A stretch of DNA of 64,000 nt from NCBI GenBank assembly GCA_018303655.1, contig JAGVXT010000023.1:30394-94393 (forward strand), given 5' to 3'. Both the position numbers and the translations under genes were made by a program. Below, piece by piece: positions 1-9,987 of the stretch. Each line of letters opens with the position of its first letter. Position 1 is the first letter of the stretch. The notes under the pieces are model-generated. The model did not search any database. It was not told the origin of the DNA and was given only the letters and a program-made list of their open reading frames with translations. Origin of the DNA: Candidatus Woesearchaeota archaeon (GTDB lineage: Archaea > Nanobdellota > Nanobdellia > Woesearchaeales > GW2011-AR4).

Positions 1-12
1 CTCTCCTTTTGT

Positions 13-2226
13 ATGATTAAGAACTTTGAGCCAAGGCTGTACCAGCAGACTATTCTTGCAACGGCTGCCGAAAAAAACACGTTAGTTGTGCTGCCTACAG
101 GAATGGGCAAGACAAACATCTTTCTCATGCTTACTGCGCAAAGGCTGAAGCATTATCCGAACTCCAAGGTGCTTTTCATAGGCCCTACACGCCCTTTGAT
201 TGAGCAGTACATGAATGTGTTTAAGAACCACTTTGAGATTGATGAAAGGGATATTGCTGTTTTCACAGGCATGGTAAGCCCTGAAAAGAGGAGTGAACTC
301 TGGAAAACATCAAGAATAATATTTTCAACGCCGCAAGGATTGGAAAATGATATAATAAGCAAATCAATCAACCTTGAAGATGTTTGCTTGCTCGGAGTTG
401 ATGAAGCACACAGGGCTGTTGGAGATTACGCCTATGTTTTTGTTGCAAAGCAGTTCATGAAGCTTTCAAGGTTTCCAAGGATAATTGCATTGACAGCATC
501 TCCAGGAAGCGACATGGAAAAAATACAGGAAGTCTGCAAAAATCTGTTCATCGAAGACATTGAAGTCAGGACTGATGATGACCCTGACGTGAAACCATAC
601 ATACAGGAAATGCAGATAGAGTGGGCCAATGTTGAGCTGCCCAAGGTTTTCACAGACATAAAAAGGTTGCTGGCCTTGTTTTTAACGGAAAGGTTTGAAA
701 AGCTGAAAAAAATAGGCATTCTGAAAAGGGCTGATGTAAAGTATGTTTCAAAATCTGACTTGCTGCAGCTGCAGGCAGAGCTAAGGAGCAGGATTTCACA
801 AGGAGAGAAGGATTTTGTTGTGTGGAATGCAATATCAATGCTTGCAGAGGTCATGAAGATCCACCATGCCCTTGAGCTGCTTGAAACTCAAGGAATTGTT
901 TCCCTTCAGAAATATTTTGAGAAGCTGGTTTCTGAGTCAAGGATATCTAAAACAAAAGCAATAAAATCCATAATGAATGATTCAAATTTCAGGCTGGCAA
1001 TGTCCAAGGCAAGGATTCTGCATGAGGAAAAAGTAGAGCACCCAAAACTGATAGAGCTGCAGAATATCATTGAAAAGGAGGTCAGTGCAAACAAGGATGC
1101 AAAAATAATCGTTTTCAACCAATACAGGGACAATGCAGTTGACATTGCAGAGAAATTAAACAGGATTGAAAACGTGACTGCAAAGATTTTTGTAGGCCAG
1201 CAGAAGAAAAATGAGACTGGATTAAGCCAGAAGGAGCAGAAGCACCTGCTTGATGACTTTAAAAATGGGCTGCTTAACGTGCTTGTAGCGACTTCCATTG
1301 GAGAGGAGGGGCTTGACATCCCGAAAGTTGACCTTGTTGTGTTTTACGAACCCATACCAAGCGCCATAAGGAGCATCCAGCGAAGGGGAAGAACAGGGCG
1401 CCAGGATAAAGGCAGAGTAATAATATTGATGGCAAAAGGAACAAGGGACGAGGCTTACAAGTGGGTGGCGCATCACAAGGAAAAAAAGATGTACAGGAAC
1501 CTCACAAATTTGAGAAAAAAGCTAAACCTGTCGCTGCATGAAAGGAAAGAATTGCCAATTGCAAGATTTGCCGAGAATAAGACAAAAATCTTTGCTGACT
1601 ACAGGGAAAAGGGGAGTGGTGTTATCAAGGAGCTTGCCGAAAGCAATGTAACCGTCAATCTAGAGAAATTAAACTATGCTGATTATGTTGTTTCCTCGAG
1701 ATGCGGCATAGAGGCAAAAACAGTTGAGGATTTTGTTGACAGCATAATTGACGGAAGGCTGCTTGAGCAGATTAAGAACTTAAAAAACAATTTTGAAAGG
1801 CCAATTATAGTTATAGAAGGCACGCAGGATATTTATGGAGTGAGGAATGTGCACCACAATTCGATTCTTGGAATGATGGCAACAATTGCCGTTTCTTACG
1901 GAGTTCCGATAATACAGACAAAAAATTTTAAGGAAACCGCTGCATTGCTGCAGATAATCGCCAAAAGGGAGCAGGAAGAAATCGGAAGAGACTTCAGTTT
2001 GCATGCTGACAGGAAGCCAGCAACATTAAAAGAGCAGCAGGAGTATGTTGTCAGCTCATTGCCCGGCATGGGCTTGTCGCTTGCAAAGCCTCTGCTAAAA
2101 AAATTCAAGACAATAAAGAACATTGTGAATGCTTCTGAAAAGGAGCTGCAGGAAGTTGAAAAAATCGGTCCTGCAAAGGCAAAGCAGATAAAGGATGTTG
2201 TTGAAAAGGAGTATAAGGAAAGTTAA
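13..2226 (+). CDS. hef: Hef (FANCM-like) DEAH helicase fused to ERCC4/XPF nuclease and HhH
   Basis: PTGMGKT motif I, DEAH motif II, QRRGRTGR motif VI; C-terminal DYRE...ADY...EAKTVEDF ERCC4 domain and HhH repeats. Confidence 0.93.
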   Translation: MIKNFEPRLYQQTILATAAEKNTLVVLPTGMGKTNIFLMLTAQRLKHYPNSKVLFIGPTRPLIEQYMNVFKNHFEIDERDIAVFTGMVSPEKRSELWKTSRIIFSTPQGLENDIISKSINLEDVCLLGVDEAHRAVGDYAYVFVAKQFMKLSRFPRIIALTASPGSDMEKIQEVCKNLFIEDIEVRTDDDPDVKPYIQEMQIEWANVELPKVFTDIKRLLALFLTERFEKLKKIGILKRADVKYVSKSDLLQLQAELRSRISQGEKDFVVWNAISMLAEVMKIHHALELLETQGIVSLQKYFEKLVSESRISKTKAIKSIMNDSNFRLAMSKARILHEEKVEHPKLIELQNIIEKEVSANKDAKIIVFNQYRDNAVDIAEKLNRIENVTAKIFVGQQKKNETGLSQKEQKHLLDDFKNGLLNVLVATSIGEEGLDIPKVDLVVFYEPIPSAIRSIQRRGRTGRQDKGRVIILMAKGTRDEAYKWVAHHKEKKMYRNLTNLRKKLNLSLHERKELPIARFAENKTKIFADYREKGSGVIKELAESNVTVNLEKLNYADYVVSSRCGIEAKTVEDFVDSIIDGRLLEQIKNLKNNFERPIIVIEGTQDIYGVRNVHHNSILGMMATIAVSYGVPIIQTKNFKETAALLQIIAKREQEEIGRDFSLHADRKPATLKEQQEYVVSSLPGMGLSLAKPLLKKFKTIKNIVNASEKELQEVEKIGPAKAKQIKDVVEKEYKES

Positions 2227-2240
2227 ATAATTTATAAAAA

Positions 2241-2363
2241 ATGGGATATACAAAAGCTAAAACAAAGAAGAGAAAGAAGAATGACATTTTTGATACTTTC
2301 GGAAGATTAAAAAGGAAAGTCTCAGGACAACGGTTTAAAGATAAAGCGAGAAGTGGTTGGTAA
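2241..2363 (+). CDS. Putative 40-aa basic small protein (MGYTKAKTKKRKKNDIFDTFGRLKRKVSGQRFKDKARSGW)
   Basis: Hand-translated ORF directly after a TTTATAAA box; below the ORF-track cutoff. Confidence 0.45.
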   Translation: MGYTKAKTKKRKKNDIFDTFGRLKRKVSGQRFKDKARSGW

Positions 2364-2404
2364 ATTATTAAATAAACTTAATTTTAGAAATCTTTATATT
2401 TTAA

Positions 2405-3367
2405 TTGAAAGATTTAAGGAAAATGTTCAGAAAATTCTTGATCTGGCTGGCAAAAAATATAATTATACTGCTTCTTATAACTTTGATATTCTCAACAATC
2501 GCTCTTGATGTGCCGGGCATGGTCAAGGAAATGTTCAAAGACATATTCTCATATGCCTCTCCAGAGACTCAAAAAGAGGTGATTGGCAAGCTTACCGGTG
2601 CATGCTCCGGGCTTGACGGATATAATTCAACTGAAGAAAGTTCTTTGCCTGTGAATTTAAGCAGGATAGGCTCGCTGTGTAAGGACTACCATTCCAATAA
2701 AATAAACGATAAGGAGTTTTTCTTTAATGTTATCGGAAGCGCTGTTCCTGACAATTTCGGGATTGCAAACACAAATGCTGTGAAAAATTATTATGCAGCG
2801 ATGAACTTCCTTAACAACAGCAAAATCATTTACTTCACAATACTTATAGTGCTTTTGCTGGCGCTTTATTTGCTTGCAGGCAGCTTAAATGCTTTCCTTG
2901 TGATTCTTAGCTCAATCTGCTTTAGCATCGGTATGCTGATTTTGGTTCCTTACATTGCAATAATGGCATATGACAAGCTTGTTGGAATTGACACAACGCC
3001 TTTGCTTGAGGCAATTCTTGGAAGCAACCTCTCGCTTGACATCAAAGCCATAGTTAGCCTTGTGCTTCTTCTGCTGCTGAGGACCTATACAAACTTGATA
3101 ATAACATTGGGCATAATATTCACAGCAATAGGAATTACAGGCAAGGTTTACAGATGGAAATTAAAACGGCAAAGCTCAAAACCTGAACCAAAAGAAGACA
3201 AAGGAATTAAAGGAAAAAAATCAAAAAAAGAAAAGCCTGCCAAAGAAAAGCAAACCAAAGAAGAGGAAGACGAAGCTTACAGGCACAGAGACAGAACCAC
3301 AAAAGAGATTCTTGACGAGCTTGAGGACATGCACAAAAAGAAAATGAAGGAAAAGGAAAATGACTAA
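2405..3367 (+). CDS. Hypothetical multi-pass membrane protein with Lys/Glu-rich C-terminal tail
   Basis: Several hydrophobic segments; start codon uncertain. Confidence 0.7.
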   Translation: MKDLRKMFRKFLIWLAKNIIILLLITLIFSTIALDVPGMVKEMFKDIFSYASPETQKEVIGKLTGACSGLDGYNSTEESSLPVNLSRIGSLCKDYHSNKINDKEFFFNVIGSAVPDNFGIANTNAVKNYYAAMNFLNNSKIIYFTILIVLLLALYLLAGSLNAFLVILSSICFSIGMLILVPYIAIMAYDKLVGIDTTPLLEAILGSNLSLDIKAIVSLVLLLLLRTYTNLIITLGIIFTAIGITGKVYRWKLKRQSSKPEPKEDKGIKGKKSKKEKPAKEKQTKEEEDEAYRHRDRTTKEILDELEDMHKKKMKEKEND

Positions 3368-4209
3368 AAGCTCATTGTCCTTAATCTTCTTGTTCTTTCA
3401 TGAGTTGAAGGGTGAGTCATAAATAATCTCAAAAAGCCTGCATTCCTGAAAGGATTGGATATAAACAAATGTGCTGTTGACTGGTTTCCAAATCTCATTG
3501 GATTAATGCCAACATTTTTTTCTATCTTTTCCAATGCATCTGCAAGCGAATTTCCATTTTTTACAAATTTCGCGCCTGCTTCATCTGCTATGTATTCCCT
3601 GCTTCTTGAGATTGCAAGCTGGATTATTGATGCGATTATTGGAGTTATTATTGCTAACAACACTAAGCCTATGACATTGCCTCCTCTGTCGTCATCTCTC
3701 CCGCCAAACATCGCGCTCCACATGAACATATTGGCTACATATGATATGATTCCGGCTATAGTGCCTGCAACAGTGGAAATCAGAATGTCCCTGTTTTTGA
3801 TGTGCGCAAATTCATGCGCAATAACACCTTTTAATTCGTCTTCGTTCAAAATCTTCATTATTCCTTCTGTTGTTGCAACTGCCGCATGTTTGGGGTTTCT
3901 TCCACATGCAAAAGCATTTGGCGAGTTGGTTGGAATCACATAAACCTTTGGCATTGGCAGGTTGCTTAATTTAGATACTTCCTTTACAATTTTGTATAAT
4001 TTAGGGTATTCGCTCTGCTTTGCCTCTTTCGCGCGGTACATCCACAGCACTATCTTGTCAGAGAACCAGTAAGAGCCGATATTCATCAGGCCGACAAAGA
4101 TTAATGCAAAGATAAAGCCTGTTTTTCCAAAAAAGCTGCCTATCCACAGCAATAAGGCTGTAAGCATAGCCAATAATACAGCTGTTTTAACCTGATTTTT
4201 TATTGTCAT
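3364..4209 (-). CDS. htpX: HtpX (M48) membrane zinc metalloprotease
   Basis: PNAFACGR, HEFAH, SRSREYIAD and THP motifs. Confidence 0.93.
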   Translation of the reverse strand: MTIKNQVKTAVLLAMLTALLLWIGSFFGKTGFIFALIFVGLMNIGSYWFSDKIVLWMYRAKEAKQSEYPKLYKIVKEVSKLSNLPMPKVYVIPTNSPNAFACGRNPKHAAVATTEGIMKILNEDELKGVIAHEFAHIKNRDILISTVAGTIAGIISYVANMFMWSAMFGGRDDDRGGNVIGLVLLAIITPIIASIIQLAISRSREYIADEAGAKFVKNGNSLADALEKIEKNVGINPMRFGNQSTAHLFISNPFRNAGFLRLFMTHPSTHERTRRLRTMSF

Positions 4210-4315
4210 AGCAAATATGTATGCTTTCCTGATTTAAAAATTTAATGTTTAGTGTTGGCATTGTGGTTACAAAGATTTATAAATCAGTAAATAACTGTGC
4301 ATGAAGGTGGTTTTG

Positions 4316-4870
4316 ATGGCAAATGTTGTCTTATGGTCAATAGTTGGAATTTTGGCATTAATTGTCTTATACATAGTTCTAACATTCAACAGCCTTATAA
4401 TGCTAAGAAACAGGGTGAATAACGCATGGAGCCAGATTGATGTTCAGCTTAAGAAAAGATATGACTTGATTCCAAACCTTGTCAACACTGTAAAAGGCTA
4501 CATGAAGCATGAAAGGGGCACATTGGCAGAAATAACAAAGATGAGGTCCAGCTTGATTTCAGGCTCAATGCAGCAGAAAGCAAAGGCCAACAATGCAATA
4601 AGCGAGGCATTGAAGACAATCTTCGCTGTTGCAGAAAATTACCCAAAATTAGAGGCTTCTGAAAATTTCAAGATGCTGCAGGAAGAGCTGTCAGGGACAG
4701 AAAGCAAAGTGGCATTCTCAAGGCAGTTCTACAATGACAATGTAATGATTTTAAACAACAAGATACAGCAGTTCCCAAGCAACATTATTGCAAGCATGCT
4801 TAGCTTCAAGGAAAGTGAATTCTTCCAGACTGCAGAAGCAGAGAAAAAACCTGTCAAAGTAGAATTTTAA
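4316..4870 (+). CDS. lemA: LemA family protein
   Basis: N-terminal TM, AWSQIDVQLKKRYDLIPNLV, AVAENYPKL, FPSNIIA. Confidence 0.93.
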   Translation: MANVVLWSIVGILALIVLYIVLTFNSLIMLRNRVNNAWSQIDVQLKKRYDLIPNLVNTVKGYMKHERGTLAEITKMRSSLISGSMQQKAKANNAISEALKTIFAVAENYPKLEASENFKMLQEELSGTESKVAFSRQFYNDNVMILNNKIQQFPSNIIASMLSFKESEFFQTAEAEKKPVKVEF

Positions 4871-4871
4871 G

Positions 4872-5768
4872 ATGAATTTATATGAAAATATTTCTTCAAA
4901 TAAAAGAAAGTCAATATTTTTAATTATTATTTTCTTTATAATTATCGGATTTTTAGGATATTCATTCGGGCTTTACATTGGCGATGCATTCATTGGATTG
5001 GGCTTTGCAATTATTTTTTCCACAATAATGGCATTGATAAGTTTCTATTCAGGCGACAGGATGATTTTAGGAATGAGCAGCGCAATGCCTGCTGACAGGA
5101 AAAAATACCCTTATCTTGTCAATACAGTTGAGGGATTGGCAATTGCTGCCGGAATTCCAACTCCAAAAATTTATGTCATTGATGACAGCGCAATAAATGC
5201 CTTTGCAACCGGCAGGGATCCAAAGCACGCCTCTGTGACTGTAACAACAGGGGCAATAAAAAGGCTGAAAAGGGATGAGTTAGAGGGTGTAATATCCCAT
5301 GAGCTTTCTCATGTAAGGAATTATGACATAAGGATGATGATGTTTGTTGTTGTTCTTGTTGGACTTATAGCCTTATTGAGCGATTTCTTTTTAAGGACAA
5401 TGATTTACGGAAAGGGAAGAAAAGACATGAAAGGCGGAGGCATAATTGGAGTTGTAATTATTTTGCTGGGATTGGTTTTAGCGATACTAGCTCCTTTGAT
5501 AGCGCAGCTGATAAAGCTTGCCGTGAGCAGGAAAAGGGAGTTTCTTGCAGATGCTGACGGAGCTTTGCTTTCAAGAAATCCTGACGGGCTGGCAAACGCG
5601 TTGAAGAAGATAAAGGATGACAAGGAGCCGTTAGTGGAAGCTGCCAACAAGGCAACTGCGCATTTATTCATAGAAAATCCGTTAAGGACATTCAGGGGCA
5701 GTGTCAACAGCCTGTTTTCAACGCATCCTGACATAAATGAGAGGATTAAGAGGCTAGAAGCTTTCTAA
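4872..5768 (+). CDS. htpX: Second HtpX (M48) protease, LemA-associated
   Basis: INAFATGR, HELSH, SRKREFLAD, STHP. Confidence 0.92.
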   Translation: MNLYENISSNKRKSIFLIIIFFIIIGFLGYSFGLYIGDAFIGLGFAIIFSTIMALISFYSGDRMILGMSSAMPADRKKYPYLVNTVEGLAIAAGIPTPKIYVIDDSAINAFATGRDPKHASVTVTTGAIKRLKRDELEGVISHELSHVRNYDIRMMMFVVVLVGLIALLSDFFLRTMIYGKGRKDMKGGGIIGVVIILLGLVLAILAPLIAQLIKLAVSRKREFLADADGALLSRNPDGLANALKKIKDDKEPLVEAANKATAHLFIENPLRTFRGSVNSLFSTHPDINERIKRLEAF

Positions 5769-6116
5769 ATATGAGTCAATTCCTTCAATCTGCCTGAGCT
5801 TTGTGTGCTTAAATAAGAATTCTCTGAATTTATTATTTATTTTTACGCCATGTTTTTGTAAGTTAGAGTTTAATTTTGAGTAAAGCTGCCTGCCTTCCCT
5901 ATCCAAATCAGTGAGAATGATGCACTCGTCATTGGAACCGGCAACATCTTCAACAATCTGGAAAAGGGGCTTTTTATTCAGTTCGATAACATTGCTAATG
6001 CCCAGTTTCTGCAAGGCTGTCCTGTCTTTTTTTCCTTCCACGATTATCAACGTGTTGTTTTCTCTGATTTTTTCAATGAAACTTTGAATCTCCCCTGTTT
6101 TTTGGCTCATTGCCAT
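5754..6116 (-). CDS. Stand-alone TOPRIM domain protein (RNase M5/small primase-like)
   Basis: IIVEGKKD and LTDLDREG TOPRIM motifs in 120 aa. Confidence 0.85.
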   Translation of the reverse strand: MAMSQKTGEIQSFIEKIRENNTLIIVEGKKDRTALQKLGISNVIELNKKPLFQIVEDVAGSNDECIILTDLDREGRQLYSKLNSNLQKHGVKINNKFREFLFKHTKLRQIEGIDSYLESF

Positions 6117-6187
6117 TTTAAAGATGCTTGACAGCTTTTAAATATTTTCATCAAAAACCTTAAATAACAAAAAGCGTTCCTAAAATC

Positions 6188-7537
6188 ATGATTCCTATTA
6201 ATGTATCATTAAGCCATTACAAAAGAGAGGAGATTCAGGAAGAAATTATAGCTAATTCCAAGGACAGGGAAGTTGCAGTTAAATTTAACGACAGCTTTGG
6301 CAAAAGGCCAGATGTGCTGAGGCACCAAAGCGATATTCTCGAGCTTGCAAAGCAAGGCGCTACTTCATTTCATGCCTCTGAAGAATTGTGGAGAAACTCC
6401 TTGCAGCTTGACCCTTCATTGAAAAAGCACGAATTGGACAATTTAAGGATTGGCTGGGATTTGGTGCTTGACATTGACTGCGGGTTTTTTGAATATAGCA
6501 AAATTGCAGCTGATTTGATTATCAAGGCCTTGAGGTTCCACAAGGTAAGTTCAGTTTCCTGCAAATTCTCCGGGAACAAGGGCTTCCATATCGGAGTGCC
6601 GTTCGAGGCATTTCCTGAGAAGGTGAGGAATGATGAAACAAAAATTTTTTTTCCTGCTGCTCCAAGGCAGATTGCATTGTACATAAGGGAAATGATTAAA
6701 AAACCTCTTGGGGATAAGATTATGGAGTTTGAAAAGAATAATTTCAACGCTATTATAGAAAAGACAGGCAAAAAAGCAAATGAAATAACATACTATAACA
6801 ACAAAAACAGGGCATTGAATGCAGAGCCGTTCCTGAACATTGACACTTTGCTTATCTCTTCAAGGCACCTGTACAGGATGCCATATTCCCTGCATGAAAA
6901 ATCAGGATTGGTTTCAACTCCTTTAAACCCTGAAAAGGTTCTGCTGTTCAGGAAAGAGTTTGCAATCCCAAAAAATGTAAGGATAAGCAAGCACAGGTTT
7001 CTTAATAAAAATAATGCTGAAAGCAATGAAGCAAAGCAATTACTAACGGAAGCGATGGATTTTGCAATCAAGCTTGAAACAATTAATTCAAAGGGAAAGA
7101 GAGAATTTCAAGCTCCTGAAAATGCATTGCCTGAGGAATTGTTTCCTCCGTGCATTAAACTTATTCTCAATGGGCTTCAAGATGGAAGAAAAAGGGCATT
7201 GTTCATACTTGTTAATTATTTCATCTCAATTGGATGGAGTTATGACATGGCAGAGAAGAAGCTTAAGGAATGGAATGCAAAAAACAAAGAGCCTTTGAGG
7301 GAAGTTTATTTGCTTGGGCAGTTAAGGTATCACAAGCAGATGCAAAAGAAGATATTGCCGCCTAACTGCAGCAATGAGATGTACATGCTTGGCATTGGTG
7401 TGTGCAAGCCTGACAATTTCTGCCCAAAGATAAGGAACCCTGCGCAGTACACAACAAAAAAGGCATGGATGATGAACAGGGGAAACAAAGGAAAAACTAA
7501 AATCAAAGCAGAACCAACGAAAACTGTCGAAAATTAA
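6188..7537 (+). CDS. DNA primase, fused PriS catalytic domain plus PriL C-terminal Fe-S domain
   Basis: DLVLDID, FSGNKGFHI and RMPYSLH (PriS); FPPC...PPNC...C...C...NP (PriL-CTD). Confidence 0.85.
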   Translation: MIPINVSLSHYKREEIQEEIIANSKDREVAVKFNDSFGKRPDVLRHQSDILELAKQGATSFHASEELWRNSLQLDPSLKKHELDNLRIGWDLVLDIDCGFFEYSKIAADLIIKALRFHKVSSVSCKFSGNKGFHIGVPFEAFPEKVRNDETKIFFPAAPRQIALYIREMIKKPLGDKIMEFEKNNFNAIIEKTGKKANEITYYNNKNRALNAEPFLNIDTLLISSRHLYRMPYSLHEKSGLVSTPLNPEKVLLFRKEFAIPKNVRISKHRFLNKNNAESNEAKQLLTEAMDFAIKLETINSKGKREFQAPENALPEELFPPCIKLILNGLQDGRKRALFILVNYFISIGWSYDMAEKKLKEWNAKNKEPLREVYLLGQLRYHKQMQKKILPPNCSNEMYMLGIGVCKPDNFCPKIRNPAQYTTKKAWMMNRGNKGKTKIKAEPTKTVEN

Positions 7538-7571
7538 GAATTTTCAGAGTTCTCGCAAATCTAATTTGCGA
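7525..7571. repeat. Two-hairpin palindromic element of the TGTCGAAAAT family, overlapping the primase stop codon
   Basis: GAAAATT-AAG-AATTTTC and TCGCAAAT-CTA-ATTTGCGA. Confidence 0.6.
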
Positions 7572-7626
7572 AAACTATTTAAATAACCGAGCAAATAGCA
7601 TATAAATTAAAAATTGAGGTGAGCAG

Positions 7627-7818
7627 ATGGCTTTTGGCGTTCAGGAGATAACACTTGCTATTATCATAGGCACTTTGGCTGCGATAGTATATTCCTTGAG
7701 AATTCTGGTTCTGATGGAAAGAAGAATTGCAAGGATAGAGATGCATATTGAAAGGGTTGTTGACAAGCTTGTTAAGGAAGAGATAAAGATTGAAAGGTCA
7801 ATGAAAAGAAGGCGTTAA
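7627..7818 (+). CDS. Small single-TM protein with coiled-coil tail
   Basis: GAGGTGA RBS, one hydrophobic helix. Confidence 0.7.
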   Translation: MAFGVQEITLAIIIGTLAAIVYSLRILVLMERRIARIEMHIERVVDKLVKEEIKIERSMKRRR

Positions 7819-8222
7819 GGTTTAATTTTGTAAGATATCAACTCTTCAAATGATATACCATACATGTCGACAACTTTAGAATCAATAACGTACCCACTCT
7901 TTGTTTTTTTTAGATCCTCTAAACTTAAAAATCTCCAATCTTTTTTGGTAAATTTAACTGCAAACCACTCTCTTGCATCAAAAATATCGGAAAAATCCCT
8001 AAGTTGCTTAATATCATAATCAGACAGGTATATTTTGTTGCTTTTTGTTGTTTTACATTCAATAGCTAATCTTCTATTACTTTCTTTATTGCCAACCAGC
8101 AAATCAGGCCCTGGGTATTTCATTGAGCCGGAGCCTGCAGAACGAATTGTAGCAAAATTCTTTGCCCAGAACATGTGCAATAATTCTCTTTCAGCCTTTG
8201 AGCCCTTTTGTTTGACTGACAT
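7815..8222 (-). CDS. hjc: Holliday junction resolvase Hjc
   Basis: KGSKAEREL, RSAGSG, PDLL, IECK motifs. Confidence 0.9.
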   Translation of the reverse strand: MSVKQKGSKAERELLHMFWAKNFATIRSAGSGSMKYPGPDLLVGNKESNRRLAIECKTTKSNKIYLSDYDIKQLRDFSDIFDAREWFAVKFTKKDWRFLSLEDLKKTKSGYVIDSKVVDMYGISFEELISYKIKP

Positions 8223-8224
8223 TC

Positions 8225-9115
8225 TTACAGCTCGATTTTCATGAAATCTTTTGCGCATATCACCTTGTCAAATATGTTTCTTGCATCTTCCTCCAGCTCT
8301 TGGGTATTTTTGTACCTTGCGCTGAAATGTATCAGCACAAGCTGCTTGGCATTGGCTTTGTTTGCCAATTGCGCTGCCTGCTTTGCAGTCATATGCCCGT
8401 ATTCCTCGCTCTTGTCAGCAAGCTTTGAGGAGTAAGTTGCCTCGCAAATAAGCAAATCCGCATCATCTGCAATCTTGTAGCAGTTATTGCATATCACAGT
8501 GTCAGTTACATAAGCAACTTTCTTTCCGCTTTCGATATAGGTTACATCATCAGGCATGATTTTATTACCATTGTATTCAATGGATTTGCCTTGCTGCAGT
8601 TTTCCGATCAATGACCCACTGGGAATATTAAATTTTTTAATCTTTTTCATGTCAACTTTTCTGATGTCTTTTTCAACGAACTTGTAGCCAAGAATTTCAA
8701 TCCCATGTTCTAATGAATAAGCCTCTAACTGGAATTCGTTATTTTCAAAAAAAATGCCGCTTTTGACTTCCTTGACATCCAAGCTTATCTTTTTGTCAAA
8801 AACAAATGCCTCAAACATCTTTTCCATTCTTTTCTTTGTGCCAATTGGCCCGTAAATCTCAAGCTTTCCGCTGTAATCCATTGAGCTTAATGTCTGAATC
8901 AATCCAGGCAGCCCAAGCACATGATCGCCGTGCCAGTGGCTAATGAGGATTTTAGTTACTTTTGGAAGGCTTATGCCGGCTATCTTGAATTGGCGCTGGG
9001 TGCCTTCCCCGCAGTCAAACAAAATGCCTTCAGGGCCGTAGCTAAGAAAAACAGCTATCTGGTTTCTCTCCTTTGTCGGCACCATTGAAGAAGTGCCAAG
9101 AAATGTAATTTGCAT
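8225..9115 (-). CDS. rnz: Ribonuclease Z
   Basis: FLGTSS, DCGEGTQ, SHWHGDH, HFSARY; true start probably 9115. Confidence 0.93.
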   Translation of the reverse strand: MQITFLGTSSMVPTKERNQIAVFLSYGPEGILFDCGEGTQRQFKIAGISLPKVTKILISHWHGDHVLGLPGLIQTLSSMDYSGKLEIYGPIGTKKRMEKMFEAFVFDKKISLDVKEVKSGIFFENNEFQLEAYSLEHGIEILGYKFVEKDIRKVDMKKIKKFNIPSGSLIGKLQQGKSIEYNGNKIMPDDVTYIESGKKVAYVTDTVICNNCYKIADDADLLICEATYSSKLADKSEEYGHMTAKQAAQLANKANAKQLVLIHFSARYKNTQELEEDARNIFDKVICAKDFMKIEL

Positions 9116-9191
9116 GCTGCCTTGTATTCTAAAACACTTTAAAAAGCTTTTTAAACCATCCAGTATACCATTAGCTAATATACTATTTAAC

Positions 9192-9794
9192 ATGACTAAG
9201 AAAAAGGAAGACGCTGAAGAAGTGCTTCCTAAAAAGGAAATAAAGGAAGAAAAAGCCAAAGAACACAGAGAGCCTGTCAAGGCATACTTTTCAAATGAAA
9301 GGGTGCTTACAGAAAGCTCGGATGATGCTAGAGAGTTCTATAACCAAAGCAGGTACGGAAACCTGCTTGAGGACGGAAGGGTTCAGCTTTCACTGATTGA
9401 AGCGCTTTATCTTGTTGAAAAGAAGAGGGTTAAGGTTTACGATTCCAGAAGCAAAGAAATCAGTTACGAAAGCCTTTTGAAAAAATCGCAGAAAACAGAG
9501 CCGAATTTCTGGATAAGGTATTGCGTTTACAGGGACATAAGGAACAGGGGCTACATAATAAAGACAGCGTTGAAGTTTGGCGCTGATTTCAGGATTTATG
9601 ACAGGGGAGTTAAGCCAGGAGAGGACCATGCAAGATGGGTTGTATTTCCTGTGCATGAAGGCTCTACACTGACATGGTATGAATTCGCTGCCAAAAACAG
9701 AGTAGCGCATTCAACAAAGAAAAGGCTTCTTATTGGGATAGTGGATGCGGAACTTGACGTTACGTTTTACGAGTGCCGCTGGTTAAGGCCATAG
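9192..9794 (+). CDS. endA: tRNA-intron splicing endonuclease
   Basis: LSLIEALYL, VYRDIRNRGY, KFGADFRIY, EDHA, RVAHSTKK. Confidence 0.92.
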   Translation: MTKKKEDAEEVLPKKEIKEEKAKEHREPVKAYFSNERVLTESSDDAREFYNQSRYGNLLEDGRVQLSLIEALYLVEKKRVKVYDSRSKEISYESLLKKSQKTEPNFWIRYCVYRDIRNRGYIIKTALKFGADFRIYDRGVKPGEDHARWVVFPVHEGSTLTWYEFAAKNRVAHSTKKRLLIGIVDAELDVTFYECRWLRP

Positions 9795-9826
9795 ACCACT
9801 GGACATCTCTGCCTAAAATATATAAA
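9795..9826 (+). promoter_or_regulatory. ACCACTGGACATCT motif plus TATA box
   Basis: Identical 14-mer at 27458-27471, with the same 10-bp spacing to a TATA box. Confidence 0.6.
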
Positions 9827-9987
9827 GGATGAATTCTACCTATTTTGAAAAAGAGAACACGCAAAACTGCAAAATAATGATTTTCGGTTTTCAACACAAA
9901 AATCAATTACGTAGTTTCGCTTAACGTTCTCTTTTTCTTATACTTCAAAGTTTTCAAAGAAAATAAAAACTTTGGAGGTTGATAAAA

